A DNA stretch of 38,666 nucleotides, from positions 1 to 38,666 of IMG/VR virus record IMGVR_UViG_2609459854_000001. One strand, given 5' to 3'. This DNA is from a virus. Its lineage: Duplodnaviria; Heunggongvirae; Uroviricota; Caudoviricetes. Made by a program: the position numbers and the translations under genes. Positions 36,976 through 38,666 of the stretch are shown piece after piece (within the stretch, counting starts at the first letter, position 1; each line of letters starts with the position of its first letter). The notes below the pieces were generated by a model, which was not told the DNA's origin, made no database searches, and saw only the letters and a list, made by a program, of their open reading frames with translations.

Positions 36976-37140
36976 ATGTTACGCCATATGGGTTGGACTG
37001 AAGCGGCTGACCTGATTGTTAAAGGTATGGAAGGCGCAATCAATGCGAAGACCGTAACCTATGACTTCGAGCGTCTGATGGAAGGCGCTAAACTGCTGAA
37101 ATGTTCAGAATTTGGTGATGCGATCATCAAGAACATGTAA
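36976..37140 (+). pseudogene. icdC: orphan 3' fragment of isocitrate dehydrogenase gene (icdC-like), marking the prophage right attachment site
   Basis: Encodes [54 protein letters not shown], recognisable as the Icd C-terminus, with no upstream icd body; 165 nt, the length replaced on e14 integration. Confidence 0.75.
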
Positions 37141-37162
37141 TCACTACATGTGTTTAATATTG

Positions 37163-37194
37163 CAACGGGCGTATAACACGCCCGTTGTTTTATT
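37163..37194 (+). terminator. intrinsic terminator following the icd 3' fragment
   Basis: caacgggcg-tataaca-cgcccgttg (9-bp stem) followed by TTTTATTT. Confidence 0.6.
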
Positions 37195-37242
37195 TATGTA
37201 GGTATTATTAATAGCATATCGAGCATATTTATATAAAACCCT

Positions 37243-37566
37243 TTACTTGAGCCCATATGGGCATATTTTTATAATGCAACTATTATGCAAACATTTATTT
37301 GTTATTTTGCTTTCTCCTGGAGGACACTCTTGACTGCTTTTGAGTAGACTCCATAAATCCTTGTTGAATGGTGCGATGTTATAAATAGTAATAGGATATT
37401 CTTTATCTTTAAGGATAATTCCAGATTTAACCGGTGTAAATATACTGCCAGGAGGGAGAAATATAGTAGATTGATACCAGATGATCATTTTCATATTACC
37501 CCATATGGCTGAAAAAGATATGCCGCATGAAGGTTGAATTATCGTGTCAATTACTATCCACTTCAT
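37243..37566 (-). CDS. iraM: IraM-like anti-adaptor protein (host gene)
   Basis: 107 aa, [32 protein letters not shown]...; matches my recollection of E. coli IraM, which lies just beyond icdC in K-12. Confidence 0.55.
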   Translation of the reverse strand: MKWIVIDTIIQPSCGISFSAIWGNMKMIIWYQSTIFLPPGSIFTPVKSGIILKDKEYPITIYNIAPFNKDLWSLLKSSQECPPGESKITNKCLHNSCIIKICPYGLK

Positions 37567-38022
37567 TTGTTATGTCTTATCCCACGGTATTTAATATAGT
37601 TCATTTGGATGTTCATTTCTTTATTTTGCATATGAGTATATTACCCCTTCAAAAAATAAATTAATTAAAACGATTGCTTATATAAAACAAAATTTAAAGC
37701 AAGGAATCTCAATGGATGTTAAACAAAATGAGATTTAGTGAAAACAATAAATTATTCACTTCGTTTTAGATTTGTTTAGCTATAATGTTATACATTCAAA
37801 TGACTGAACATCCTGTAATTAAAACATAGCCTTTATGCTACTTTGTGCCAATTTGCTAAACATTATGGTTGCCTTTTTATATAACGATAATAATGAATAT
37901 AAGCATGACATGAGAATAAGGTTTCAATTTTTGAGTTATATAGGAAAGGTTTAACCTGTTCCTGGCTAAAATACATATAACTGGATGATGACTAAACCAA
38001 AACACATGTGCGTTAAGTATTG

Positions 38023-38052
38023 AAACGGGCGTATGGCACACCCGTTGTTTTT
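38023..38052 (+). terminator. second, imperfect copy of the icd-terminator hairpin
   Basis: aaacgggcgtatggcacacccgttgttttt; flanking sequence also resembles that around 37150-37195. Confidence 0.35.
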
Positions 38053-38261
38053 ATAAATATATTAACCGTTATAAAATAACGTATAGAAAGTCAAGTGATC
38101 ACATTTCAAATATCAATTTGATAGTATTGGCATGGTGATTATTTATGGGTAGCAATAAAAGGACAGTATTTATCATCCATAGGGATAGTCTCTGTACTTT
38201 TATTCCCATTATGCTAATGCCTTACTGAATTATGAAGCATTTCTTAAGCATCCAACTTTAG

Positions 38262-38666
38262 CTAGATTAATGGTTTATTATTTTCTACATCTTCAATATA
38301 TAAAAGCGTATTATCAATGGCGTAGTAACTGCGTTTGTTATGATTAACATCAGTAACCCACCGGAAAACGCCCGCGCCTGCTAGTGTTGAACAGTATTCC
38401 CGAAATGTAGATTTTCCGCAAATATGAAGCAATGCGGCCTCTTTTATTTTAGCAGGGTTCTTGGTCGTACTAACTTTTAACAGGTTCCTGGTTCCTCTTA
38501 ATAACAAAACCGTGTCATCGTGAGTAATAATTCTGATGTTATCCGTAGCCAGATAATAAATGTAATGTGCAATACGGTGATGTTTTAATTCTGAATAAAA
38601 CCAGGAGAAGTTTTGCTCTTTTCTCACTTGCTCAAACATCTTTTGAAAAACAACGACCTGATCCAT
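38262..38666 (-). CDS. hypothetical host protein (YcgX-like, 134 aa)
   Basis: ORF starts with Met at the window edge; AT-rich; size and position match the K-12 gene after iraM; identity not verified. Confidence 0.4.
   Translation of the reverse strand: MDQVVVFQKMFEQVRKEQNFSWFYSELKHHRIAHYIYYLATDNIRIITHDDTVLLLRGTRNLLKVSTTKNPAKIKEAALLHICGKSTFREYCSTLAGAGVFRWVTDVNHNKRSYYAIDNTLLYIEDVENNKPLI

Overview
This window is almost entirely one complete, mosaic temperate prophage of an Enterobacteriaceae host, integrated at the 3' end of icd (e14-like). Its right boundary is a 165-nt orphan icd 3' fragment at 36976-37140, followed by host genes (IraM-like, YcgX-like); the left attachment site lies outside the window. 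Gene order from the left: an AT-rich cargo gene (1-960), integrase and excisionase, a CI/Cro immunity switch with palindromic operators, a replication initiator with internal iterons, Dam-type methyltransferase, RusA, KilA-N, DUF968 and a Q-like antiterminator. These are followed by a late terminator, an AT-rich two-gene moron, the lysis cassette (holin, GH19 endolysin, Rz/Rz1), a reverse-strand moron, HNH endonuclease, terminase, an HK97-type head module, and a Mu-type contractile tail with a -1 frameshift chaperone. The tail-fibre region is an invertible host-range segment with two recognisable crossover sites, but its Gin/Pin-type invertase is cut to about 50 codons by a DUF262/DUF1524 (GmrSD-like) type IV restriction gene. 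The best candidates for undescribed accessory or defence functions are the cargo gene at 1-960, the Q-holin moron pair (11231-12504) and the reverse-strand gene at 14340-14729. All calls come from reading the translated ORFs and sequence motifs by eye; no database search was run, and non-coding coordinates may be off by 1-2 nt.
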